A stretch of 63,574 bases of DNA, the filler included, from Folioceros fuciformis (Eukaryota): assembly GCA_049999805.1 (NCBI GenBank). It is 4 parts of 3 records of this genome, joined end to end, with 100 filler letters (N's around TTAATTAATTAA, not from the genome) between each part and the next. Parts side by side here need not be neighbours in the genome. Positions count along the whole stretch, not along the records: positions 42,010 to 61,547 come from JBNGIO010005930.1; 3 more parts are not named here. One strand, given 5' to 3'. This document shows, piece by piece, positions 46,926 through 57,732 of this stretch. A program made the position numbers and the translations under genes. The notes beneath the pieces were generated by a model. The model did not search any database, was not told the origin of the DNA, and saw nothing but the letters and a program-made list of their open reading frames with translations. Positions within the stretch are counted from its first letter, which is position 1, and every line of letters starts with the position of its first letter.

Positions 46926-48464
46926 CGCAGCACCTTGACTCCTCCGACCACCGGATATGTATCTCCTTCTTCCAACGTGCGCCCCACTGTTGTGTCTCTC
47001 TCCGGGACATACACAACCTATCACCGGAGGAGCCACGTCCTGACCTGCAGCTCCCGGTGGTGTGGCTCTCAAGGCGAGGGAACCGGCCGAGTTCGGTGAC
47101 CGGAGAGTGTACTGTAGTCGGTAGCCGGTGACGTACAGCATACGGTGGGGGGGCGGCAAGGGTCAGCGAACGCATGGATGTATGGTAGGGGCCATTCCAG
47201 AGCATGCCTGCCAGTTGCGCTTGGTGGGGCCCGCTCATCTTTTTAGCTTTAGCCTTTTAGCCCTATTTTTGCCCACGGCCGCCAGCAAATCTGTGTACGG
47301 TACGGGCAAGGACGCGCGGGCTGCCAACCTATTGACCTTGCCTTCCGCCATCACCAGATCGTACCCTGCTGGAGAATCTTGCATATCGTTTACTTTGGTC
47401 TCTCTTGCGCTCTACTGCAACTACCCAATAATGTATGTAAATCAGTAAATTCTATTTTATTCTGTTGTATTGTAGTTATTTAAAGCAAGAATTTATCCAC
47501 CTGTGACAGTGGAAAAATAATTTTAAACAAGGGCACTGGAATTCCGAAGCTGATGCTCAATCATATCTCCTCCACAAAGGATACTGCCCCCCTGCAACTT
47601 CGTGCTGCCGTACGATTAACGTTTTGACCACAAAGAAATATTAAAAAAATTAAAAAAAAGGGAAGAATGCGGAAGGGAAGGGAAGGGAAGGCAAGGCAAG
47701 GGAAGATGATGGATGCTGCTGCTGCCCCCCGGCTATGTCATGGCATGTCATGTGGTGGAGCAGCAGGATGGAGTTGGAATGGGGAAGAAGGACGGACTCA
47801 TGTAATGGACGCAGGCAGGCAGATGAGCTTCCTACGTATCCGTGGTCATTGAGCTGAGGAGCTCCTACCTTTGGCCAGGATCCACATTTCGTTTGGAATT
47901 CTTGGAGCATGCCCGTTCCAATCGGAGTAGCATTGGTGCCCCTGCTGCTGGAAGAAAGAAAGATTGCTTGCCTGGCCGTGGGTCCTCTTTTCGTAGCAGC
48001 CTAGGCGCTTGGCTTTATATTCACAACTGCCTCCTGAAATTGTCCAGCCCTGGTGGTGCAGATAACTGTGCAACGGCATGTGGAGATGTAGGTAGACCCA
48101 TGCTACAGAGAAGGTGGGTTTTGGGCTGTGAGTTGAAGGCCGGGTTTTGGTTGGTTGCGTAGAAACGTTTCAACATGGCTGCCTTGCGGGGTGGACGTCG
48201 TTTGGAGAGGGCGTCCGGTGGGAGAGGATTTCTTGTGGCTGGAGATGGGGGACTGTGGGTTCAGGTGGCTCGGGATTGGACTCTTGGGTGGGACGGGACT
48301 GTCGAGCAGCATGATGATGGCGCCGCCCATTGCAATACCTGACTTTTCGCATGACGAGTCCCTCAGCTGGGGAATCAGATTAGTAGTGCAGGCGTGGGTC
48401 GGTAGATGCGGAGCTGGGTTCTCTGGATGTGCAGATGCCGATGGGTGGTGATGCCTCTTCGTCA

Positions 48465-48788
48465 GACTGGAGAGTGTCGGATGATGGGGAGTTGCGATGG
48501 CTTGGAGGATGCGAAAACTTTTGGTGACAGCGGACACGGTGAGTCGACTGTGTCTGCTAGGGCAGCACAGGGACGCTGTGGAGGCTCTGGGAGTTTTGGT
48601 GCGGACGGATTGCTGTCTTTCGAAGTGACTGGAGAGTGTCGGATGATGGGGAGTTGCGGTGGCTTGGAGGATGCGAAAACTTTTGGTGACAGCCGACACG
48701 GTGAGTCGACTGTGCCTGCTAGGGCAGCACAGGGACGCTGTGGAGGCTCTGGGAGTTTTGGTGCGGACGGATTGCTGTCTTTCGAAGT
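48465..48788 (+). repeat. 162-bp tandem duplication over the PPR start region
   Basis: gactggagagtgtcgg...ctttcgaagt at 48465-48626 and 48627-48788, with only a few substitutions. Confidence 0.95.
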
Positions 48789-51700
48789 CTCTCTTGTATG
48801 CTGTCCTCAAGAATTGTATGGATCAGCGGGATGTGGTTCTGGGTCGCCGCGTGCATGCGTTTATTGTGAAGCAGGGATATGGCTCGGACGGCTTCCTCTG
48901 CACCCACGTCATGCGATTGTATGCCTCTCATGCCGGGTTGCAGGAGGCGATGGATGTGTTCAATCAGGTGGCCACACCTGATGCGTTCACTTGGTCTGCC
49001 ATCATTTCTGCGCATGTCAAGTATGGACGAGATAGGGAGGCCGTCCGACTGTATAATCGGATGTGCAGGTCAGGTGTGAGGCCTGATTGTCATGTCTTTG
49101 TTGCTGCCTTGCAGGCTTGCGCCAGGGGGGCAGACCTGAATACAGGGCAGCGGGTGCATGCTGACGTGTTGGCCAGTGGGGTAGAGCCTAGTTCGTTTGT
49201 TTGCAATGCTCTGGTGGACATGTATGCCAAGTGCGGCAGCTTGCAGGACGCTCAAACAGTGTTTGATGGACTTGGTCGAAAGAATGTAGTGACTTGGAAT
49301 GCCATGATATCAGGGTATTGCCAACAGGGCAGGGGGCAGGAAGCCCTGAATCTTTACACTGCTATGCACAAGGACAGCGTTGCTGTGCCCGATTCTGTGA
49401 CGTTTGTGTGCCTTCTACACGCATGTGGCATCGTGGGCAACCTGGCTCTGGAGAAGGGGAAGGAGCTTCATGCACAGATTAGTAAGGGAGGGCTTGAAGG
49501 TGATGCGTTTGTGGCTAGCAGTTTGGTAAACATGTACGCAAAGTGTGGCAGCCTCGAGGACGCTTGTGCCGTGTTCGATGGGCTTGATCGGAAAGATGTG
49601 GTGACATGGAGTGCCATGATAGCAGGGTACTCCCGGCATGGCATGGGTCAGCAAGCACTTCGTGTGTACAGCGCTATGCAGGAAGAAGGCATGGCTGCAC
49701 CCGATCATGTGACATTTGCGTCTCTCCTGCAGGCATGTGCGAGTGTGGGCTCTCCAGCTTTGGAGAAGGGTAAACTGCTTCATGCTCAGATTGGGGAACG
49801 AGGACTACTTGTTCATGTGTCCTTGGGTTCCGGTCTTGTCAACATGTATGCGAAGTGTGGCAGCCTGGCAGATGCAAAGGTGGTCTTTGACGGCCTTGCA
49901 CGAAAGGATGTTGTGACATGGACTGCTCTGATAGCCGCATATTCTCAGCAAGGCATGGGCCAGGAAGCCCTGCAGCTTTACAGCAGTATGCAAGAAGAAG
50001 GCATGACAGCAGAGGATTCTGTCGCATTTATCTGCCTCCTGCAGGCCTGTGCGAGTGTGGGGACCCCCGCGTTGGAGAAGGGGAGGCAACTCCATGCACA
50101 GATTAGAGAACAAGGACTTGAGGCTGATTTGTTTGTAGCCAGCAGTTTAGTGAACATGTATGGCAAGTGCGGCAGCCTGGAGGATGCAAAGGATGTGTTT
50201 GATCGACTCCATGAGAAAAATGTTGCGACGTGGAGTGCCATGATTTCAGTATATTCCCAGCAGGGAATGGCTCCAGAAGCCCTTCGTCTTCACAGCGCTA
50301 TGCAAGAAGAGGGCATTGCACCCAATTCTGTGGTATTTGCATGCCTCCTGCACGCATGTGCAACTGTTGGGACCGCAGCTTTAGAGCAGGGAAAACAGCT
50401 TCATGCACAGATTCGGGAACGAGGACTCGAGGCTGATGTATTCCTGGCCAACAGTTTGGTGAACATGTATGCAAAGTGTGGCAGCCTAGAGGACGCTCGG
50501 GGCGTGTTCGACTCATTTGATCGAAGAGATGTGGTCACCTGGAATGCCATGATCTCAGGCTACTCGCAGCAGGGCCTGGGGCAGGAAGCCCTTGGCTTCT
50601 ACAGTGCTTTGCAAGAAGATGGCATGGCTCCACCTGATTCTGTGACATTCGTTTGCCTCCTCCGGGCATGTGCAAGTGTGGGCACCGCGGCTCTGAAGAG
50701 GGGAAGGCAGCTTCACACACAAATAAGAGCTCGAGAACTCGACGCTGATGTATTTGTAGCCAACAGCCTAGTAAGCATGTATGCAAAATGCGGGAGCTTG
50801 GGAGATGCCAAGCTCTTGTTCGATGGGCTTCGTTTCAAAGATGTGGTGACTTGGAATGCCATGATAGCAGGGTATTCCCAGGAAGGCATGGGGCAGGACG
50901 CCTTTGCACTCTACGGGGCTATGCAACAAGACGGCACGGTTGCACCAGATTCTCTGACATTTGTGATTCTCCTGCAGGCCTGTGCAAATATCGCAGCCCT
51001 GCATCTGGGAAGGCAGCTTCATGCACAGATTGTACAGCAAGGGCTCCAAGCTAACTTTCTTGTAGCCGTCAGTTTGATAAACATGTACGGAAAGTCTGGG
51101 AGCATGGCGGATGCCATGCAGGTGTTCGAGGCCCTGCCTAAAAGGGACGTCATCGCCTGGAACGCACTAATTGCAGGCTACTCCCGTCAAGGAGATAGTG
51201 GACTCGTCTTTGACATAGTTCAAAAAATGACCCAGGATGGCGTACAGCCAGACAGCATCACGTTCCTCTGTGCCCTGACGGCATGCAGCCATGCTGGTCT
51301 GCTCAGCAAGGGCCGAGACTACTTTGAGGCTATGAGCAAACAACATGGCATTGCTCCAACAAGGGAGCACTACGCATGCATGGTGGACCTCCTCTGCCGT
51401 GCCGGCCAACTTGACGAAGCACTGGCAGTGGTGAGGGCAATGCATGTGCTCCCTCACGATGCAGTTTGGCATACTGTACTGAGGGCCAGCAGGGAATGGA
51501 ACAACGTCGAGGTGGGACGCCATGCCTTTGATCAAGCGGTGAGGTTAGACGAGAAGGATGCAGCGCCATACGTCTTAATGTCGAGCATATACCGTGATGC
51601 CAGCATGTGGGAGGAGGCCCGAGAGATGCACTTTAGGAGGCAACGGATAGGAGCATGGAAGCAGCCTGGTCTGAGCTGGTGGACTGACACGGAGGGCCAG

Positions 51701-51793
51701 GTGCATACTTTTGTTGTTGGCCACAAATTTCATCTGAAGAGTGAAGAAGAGCTTGTTGCAACAACTAGCCAACGAAGACTACAAGCCACGTGA
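48671..51793 (+). CDS. PLS-class PPR protein, E+ type with WW-variant PG box
   Basis: Intronless ~1040-aa ORF (frame opens at GTG 48659; first ATG at 48671) with highly similar PLS triplets, E1/E2 and KQPGLSWWTDTEGQVHTF. It stops without a deaminase core. Confidence 0.93.
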   Translation: MRKLLVTADTVSRLCLLGQHRDAVEALGVLVRTDCCLSKSLLYAVLKNCMDQRDVVLGRRVHAFIVKQGYGSDGFLCTHVMRLYASHAGLQEAMDVFNQVATPDAFTWSAIISAHVKYGRDREAVRLYNRMCRSGVRPDCHVFVAALQACARGADLNTGQRVHADVLASGVEPSSFVCNALVDMYAKCGSLQDAQTVFDGLGRKNVVTWNAMISGYCQQGRGQEALNLYTAMHKDSVAVPDSVTFVCLLHACGIVGNLALEKGKELHAQISKGGLEGDAFVASSLVNMYAKCGSLEDACAVFDGLDRKDVVTWSAMIAGYSRHGMGQQALRVYSAMQEEGMAAPDHVTFASLLQACASVGSPALEKGKLLHAQIGERGLLVHVSLGSGLVNMYAKCGSLADAKVVFDGLARKDVVTWTALIAAYSQQGMGQEALQLYSSMQEEGMTAEDSVAFICLLQACASVGTPALEKGRQLHAQIREQGLEADLFVASSLVNMYGKCGSLEDAKDVFDRLHEKNVATWSAMISVYSQQGMAPEALRLHSAMQEEGIAPNSVVFACLLHACATVGTAALEQGKQLHAQIRERGLEADVFLANSLVNMYAKCGSLEDARGVFDSFDRRDVVTWNAMISGYSQQGLGQEALGFYSALQEDGMAPPDSVTFVCLLRACASVGTAALKRGRQLHTQIRARELDADVFVANSLVSMYAKCGSLGDAKLLFDGLRFKDVVTWNAMIAGYSQEGMGQDAFALYGAMQQDGTVAPDSLTFVILLQACANIAALHLGRQLHAQIVQQGLQANFLVAVSLINMYGKSGSMADAMQVFEALPKRDVIAWNALIAGYSRQGDSGLVFDIVQKMTQDGVQPDSITFLCALTACSHAGLLSKGRDYFEAMSKQHGIAPTREHYACMVDLLCRAGQLDEALAVVRAMHVLPHDAVWHTVLRASREWNNVEVGRHAFDQAVRLDEKDAAPYVLMSSIYRDASMWEEAREMHFRRQRIGAWKQPGLSWWTDTEGQVHTFVVGHKFHLKSEEELVATTSQRRLQAT

Positions 51794-52310
51794 TATACTC
51801 ACTAGTTTACGAGGTATGTTTCGTTCTTAGGTTTCTGTACCAACCCTTACCTACAAAACAAGCATTGACATCACAGCACGCGAAAGTACGCAAAATTGAC
51901 TGGAGAAGCTAGTCAGATAGTACAGGGAATGAGAACTGAAAGGTTCGGCCCCATCCACCCACACCCGCCCACAGAATTTGCTGTTCTTATAAAAGTAGGG
52001 AGAACTCAAGAAGAAAGGGGAATCCGAACATGAAGCAGCAAGATGCAGCCAAAGCATGGTTATCTGCTCAAACTTCCTCAATTTCAGAGCAGAGTTGACA
52101 TTCGAAAGGAGACTTAAGGCCCGCTCCGGCTGCAGAAAAGTACGTCAACCAGATCCATCCTGTACTAATCTGCGCCTCTCCTTCGCAAATGTCACCGCTC
52201 CACTTCCTTACGAAACATAGGCTGAGGTTCGGCAGGGCAGGCGGCGCAACGAGCCCGAGGAGCAGCAGATCTGACCACTTCCCTACCTGTCTATCTAACC
52301 TACTCACCGT

Positions 52311-52746
52311 TTAAGCCCCAGGGGACTTGATATGGTATAGCTTGCCGAATACATGCAGTGCCGTAACAAAGCCGATGAAGCAGAGGCTCATGACAAGCAC
52401 CACTGTCGGGGTGATCTTCAATCCAGGGGCGTCGTCCGTGTAAAAGCGTAACATATTGCTCCCGCCACCTCCAAAACCGCCACCTCCGCCTGATGAAACT
52501 CTCCGCCTGCGCAACCCCGCTGCGGCAGCACTACCCCTGACAGCGGCTCCCGNNNNNNNNNNNNNNNNNNNNNNNNNNNNNNNNNNNNNNNNNNNNNNNN
52601 NNNNNNNNNNNNNNNNNNNNNNNNNNNNNNNNNNNNNNNNNNNNNNNNNNNNCTCCCGAAGGAGGAGCCCGCACTCCTGCTCCAGCTGCCCCCGATCCAC
52701 CCCGAGAAGCCGAGGTGGCAGCTTGGCTCTGCGATCCTTTTGCCAT
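52311..52746 (-). CDS. SEC61B: Sec61 translocon beta subunit
   Basis: MAKGSQSQ...LRRRR...[41 protein letters not shown]. The flanks of the gap at 52553-52652 overlap (ctcccg), so the gap is probably spurious. Confidence 0.95.
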
Positions 52747-53047
52747 CGCTCCCGAGCAGATCACACAACACAAAGTACGCTTCGAGACGAGACACCACTT
52801 TCCCAATGAAGACGCTGGCTCAACAACCACACGGATGGACCAAGTCAGACAACCACGACTGCATATATAGACCCTCGAGTAAACCTAATTGGGAACATGC
52901 ACGCACGCTGCCTCGGTAGCGGACAATAAAATACATAAGGAATAATAAACTGCTTTTAACGTGACGAAGGAGTTGGCATTCCCGCTCACATTTGTACAAA
53001 TAGCTATCCTCTGATACGTGTAGCGCTCATATCACAACCTTGCTACG

Positions 53048-56000
53048 ATGGTGATCGGGGAGAGCCTGATTGTAATGCTGGACGTCGGTCCCTCCATGCA
53101 ACCTCATGTTGAAGTGATACACAAGTCCCTTTCTTCGCTTGCGCTGCGAAAGGTGAGAAATCCACCTCGGGTTTCTCTTCTGCCTGTGTTGCCGGTAATT
53201 CTGGGCATTTCGGCGAGCTGAGCTGAGCTGAGCCGACCGCTTGATTCCTGTTTTCTGCAGATGGTTGGCCACAAAAATGATGCCATTGGGCTTGTGTGTT
53301 TCGGGACCAGGAGTAAGCCGAAGCTTCAGGCTTGGTTTTCCGTCAGCAAGCAATTTAGGCTTGAGGCTTTGGTTGAGGGGGCCTGTTTGCTTTGTCATCG
53401 CAGAGACGAGGAATGCTCTGAGTACAGAGGTTGGTGGTTACGCGAACATCGAAGTTGCTCGCGAAATTCAGGTGTTGAATACTGACGTTGCCTACACCCT
53501 CGACCAATTGCCGTGGGGAGGTGCCGCTGCGGACTGTATCCGTTTCTTCCATGGGTTGTACTTAAGTGCAGTGCAGGTTTTCCATCTTCCGCTGTTTCTG
53601 TCAAAGCTCCTTGACATCAGGTCAGTTTTGGATGCCGTGGTGGTGGGCTTGGATATGTTCAGAAAGCAAGTTGAGACCACTAGAAATGGCCACAAACGGC
53701 TTTTTCTCATTACAGACGCTGAATCATCTCTGAGGGAGCCCTATCAATTGACACTTCAAGAGCAAGTCGATTTGATTGGTGATAAGTTGGTTGAGAATAA
53801 GGTCAAGTTTGATGTTCTCAAGGTTTCCAAGAATGATGACCCGATTTCCAAAACTACGCGCCAGCAAAACGAGCATTTTTTGAGAACTTTTGTTACGAGG
53901 ACTGAAGGAGAGATGGAGGAAGTTTTCAACCATGCTGCAATAATGGCAGCTATAAAGCCCCGGCTTTCTCCAACGACCTTGTACAGAGGGGATTTTGAGC
54001 TGACACCGGAAATGAAACTTAAGGTGAGACTCGGTGGAAGGGTGTGTTGATGCTTTGCATCACTGGTCGTTTCTTGGTTGAGAAGCACTATCATCTCTCA
54101 TGGTTTGGCAGGTGTGGGTCTACAAGAAAGTCTCCCAAGAGAGAATACCGACGCTGAAGAAATTCTCAGACAAGGCACCAGCTGATGATCCATATGCAAC
54201 CCGCGAGGTCAAAATGGACGTTGAGTACAAAAGCACTCTGGATCCTAGCATTACATTTCCTCCCGAGCAGAGAGTGAAGGCCTACAAGTACGGTGCAAAT
54301 AATATCCCTCTTGATCCAAAAGTGGTGGATGCAGTTAAGCTGGTCACAGAAAAGGGCTTGAAGCTTCTTGGATTTGTTACGTCTGAAGAGGTTCCAAGGT
54401 GAATCCACAGTCCCATGTGTCCTGCTGCATGTTGTTCTATCGTTCAATCTCGCCACTTCGGTGTTGTAGACTGTCAGCCGACAATCTTGTAAGACTTCCA
54501 GGACTCTCCCGGATGCAGACACTACTACATGAAAGATACGAAATTGTTCATTCCAGAACCAGGGAATGTCAAATCCAGCATGGCAATGTCTGCCCTGGTG
54601 AGGGCAATGAAGAGTACAGGAATGGTTGGAATTGCTCGATGTATTTGGAGAAAAGGACAAGCAAATGTTATCATTGGAGTCCTCACACCTAATCCTGCAA
54701 CTGATGACACCATGGTGAGTGCTTAGATGAAGAATTGATGAGTTTTCATCTCCAAGGCTGGGAGGAAGTGAAACAGTTTTGTGCTGGAGCATAGACTTTC
54801 TCGTTTGTTGAGGTTTGACTTTAGCGAAGATGGTCTGTCGCTGGACAGTTTTGCTACATATTGAAAACATGTGTGGGATTTTGACAGGAAGACACATTCT
54901 ACTTCAATGAGGTTCCGTTTGCAGAAGACATAAGAGAGTTCCCGTTCAACTCTTTTAGCAACCGTCCAGCATCCCAACGACCTTCGGCCTCTCAGGAGGC
55001 TGCAGCAGAAAATCTCGTAAAAATGCTCGATTTAAGTCCTTCTCCTGGGGAAGAGGCCTTGCAACCTGAGAAAACTTGTAATCCAATCTTAATGGTGAGC
55101 GCTCTCGTTCACTCAGTGAAATGTGTGCTAGTTGTGTCTTTCCTGTTGATTGTGAGATAACAGCGTGCAGTGAGTGGGCATGTCTTGCCGTGAGTAATCT
55201 GTGCTTGGGTGTGCAGCGGTTTTACAATTTTTTGCATGCAAGGTTGCTAGATTCTGAAGCTGCAGTTCCAGCTGTACCTGAACTCCTGAGAAAGACAATG
55301 GAGCTGGACCATACTTTAGAATCTCAGGCTCATTTGGCATTAAAGCAGTTCTCCAGTGAATTCACTTTAAGGGCCAAAGTCCAGGTGCAACTCGTTTCTG
55401 CGGCTTGGCTGATTCTGAATAAAAAACACACTGTATTATTTCAGAATGCAAGGGTGTTTTATTTTGAAGTCTTTGCAATGAGCGTTTCTCTGCAAGCTGA
55501 ACTGACTTGTACGGGAATGTAGTATTCTATGTCATTGTTGATGGTTCATTTGTAGCAAGGCTGACATCATGCATCGCTGGTTGTCTGTTTGGCAGAGGGC
55601 TAACGCTGAACCCAAGTTTTGGAAGGAAGGACTTGCTGATGCCCCAAGAAATGACAGAGCTTTGCCGGACGGTGCCATGGCAGGGGAGGGGAGCAACCAA
55701 AGCGAGATCACATTTGAGAGTCTTGCAGTGAAAAAGGTTGACGAAGTTGGCATCGCTCATCCAGTTGACGATTTTGAGACGCTTCTGGCAAGAAGAGATG
55801 GAGACCAGTTTGTTCCGATTGCCATCCGCGGAATGAAGAAGGTCATAGCTGATATGTTGGACTCTGCGTACAAGGGGAACACTTACGAGAAGGCTCTCTC
55901 ATGTCTGATAGCGCTCAGATCAGGGTGCTTGAAAGAGGAAGTATGTGATGTAGTAGATGAGGAAAAAACATACTGTGTGTGCGGGTGGTGGACGTACCGC

Positions 56001-56411
56001 TTTCCAAACCGCTCATTGACTCTTGTCTCTTCTGTACGCAGGAACCAGCAGAGTTCAACGAGTTTCTGCGACAGCTGGTCATCAAATGCCGGGGAAGGCG
56101 GCTGAGTGATTTTTGGGACAAAGTTGCGTCCCAAAGTATAACTCTAATTAACTCAGAAGAAGTCTACACAAGGTAACTGGGGTTCTTGAACTGCCTCGCA
56201 CCAACGTCATCGATGTAAATTTTGGAATGCGCCAAGGTAACATACGTGTGTCTCTGACGGTGCCTTCGGAGTTCATTGCAGTAACGTATCTACAAATGAG
56301 GCAAAAGCCTTCTTGGCAGGACCAGAGCCAGGGAAAGACGTTCTGTCCAGGGACGACGGGCCTGACGAGGAGATGGATGAAATGGACGCCCTTCTAGACG
56401 AGGCCATGTGA
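53048..56411 (+). CDS. KU80: Ku80 (XRCC5), full-length, multi-exon
   Basis: vWA (LDVGPSM, GGYANI, KRLFLITDA), core (VWVYKK, KAYKYG, LKLLGF, PFAEDIREFPF) and C-terminal helical domain (YEKALSCLIALRSGC, EPAEFNEFL). It ends DEEMDEMDALLDEAM*. Confidence 0.93.
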
Positions 56412-56621
56412 CAGCAAAAATTCTTTTCGATGCCGGGGTGCATTTCTGTAACCCATGTCACAGCTCTTCGGTAAAGTGAGTTGTGCAAACATGCTATACT
56501 AAAGCGGCTGCTGTATCAAATTACGATGATCGCACAGCATCCGTTGATAGAACCCTAGGTTCCATAACCTGTACAAATGTAGAGGAAACCTGTCATACCA
56601 TAATTTTTCCCTGAACGGATT

Positions 56622-57454
56622 TCAGTTCTTCAACTCCCGAATGCCTAGTTTCTTGACCAGGTTCAGGTAGTCTGCATCGTCCTCGCTACGCAAATACATC
56701 AGCAATTTCTTGCGCCTGGCAATCATGGCCTTGAGCCCCTTGCGGGAAGCAAAATCCTGTGCGGCAAATTGGTTCCTCAGAGCCCAAGACATATGCCCAG
56801 CAGCAATTGCAGCAGCTGAATCAGATCTAGTAAAGCTGCCATACCTTTTTGTGAACCACCAGATGGTCCGATAGATATTTGATCTTTGCAGTGAGCAGAG
56901 CAACTGCTCCGGCAAAGCAACAACACAACGTGAGCAAACATACTAAACGGACTAGCACACACAAAAATGTCGAGAGCCAAGCACACACAGGACCTTGCAC
57001 TTGCACCGAGCCGGAATCGCCTTCGTGGACTTTGAAGGCGTCAGCCACCTTCTGCAGATCCAGCTTGTGTCGCTCACCAGCACGGAGCATTTTCTCCGAC
57101 GATTGATACTCCTGAAAGACGCAAGCGCGCTAAGCAGGCAAGCAAACACGCAGTTCAGGTCCGCCACGCAAACAGGATTCGCAGGGTGCGTACTAGGCCT
57201 GGAAATTGCAGCGGCGCAGTGACCGCCGATACGCGGAGAGGAGCCCATGCCGTGCCGCTCCGTTGCTGCGGAAGCTGCAGAGAGTTCAGAGCCGACATCC
57301 GCCGTCAGCGACCTGTCACGGAAACAGCACCTCGGCGACCCTGGAGCTCACTCACCTTGTGTGCCTGAAGGCCGCTGCCGTTGTTGCTGTTGTTGATGCT
57401 GCATTGCTGGAAGGCGATGCCAGCCATGGACTGAAGACCTACCAGGGCCGCCAT
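56622..57454 (-). CDS. rps15: Nuclear-encoded ribosomal protein uS15 with plastid-like transit peptide
   Basis: Five exons: MAALVGLQSMAGIAF...|LPQQRSGTAWAPLRVSA...|...FKVHEGDSGSVQVQ|VALLTAKIKYLSDHLVVHKK|DFASRKGLKAMIARRKKLLMYLRSED..YLNLVKKLGIRELKN*. This is a bacterial-type S15 signature. Confidence 0.88.
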
Positions 57455-57732
57455 GTCCCCAGCCTGGGCGGAGTGGGCGAAATGCAAGGACAGAGAAGAT
57501 GCGGAAAGGTAGATGGATGAATAGATAGGGTTAGACGCCGTTCTTCCGGCTGCGATCTGCGGCGAAGAAGAATGAGAGGTAAGAAAGAGGATAATGGGAT
57601 CGGCGACGGGGAGAAGACGAAGAGGTAGGAGGAGAGGCAAAGGATTTTGCCTGGGATTTGTCGCTCGCGTCTACAGGAATGTAGTTGTCCGTTGTGCGGT
57701 GGGTCTGTGTGAGCGTCGCAATCAGAGCAGAG

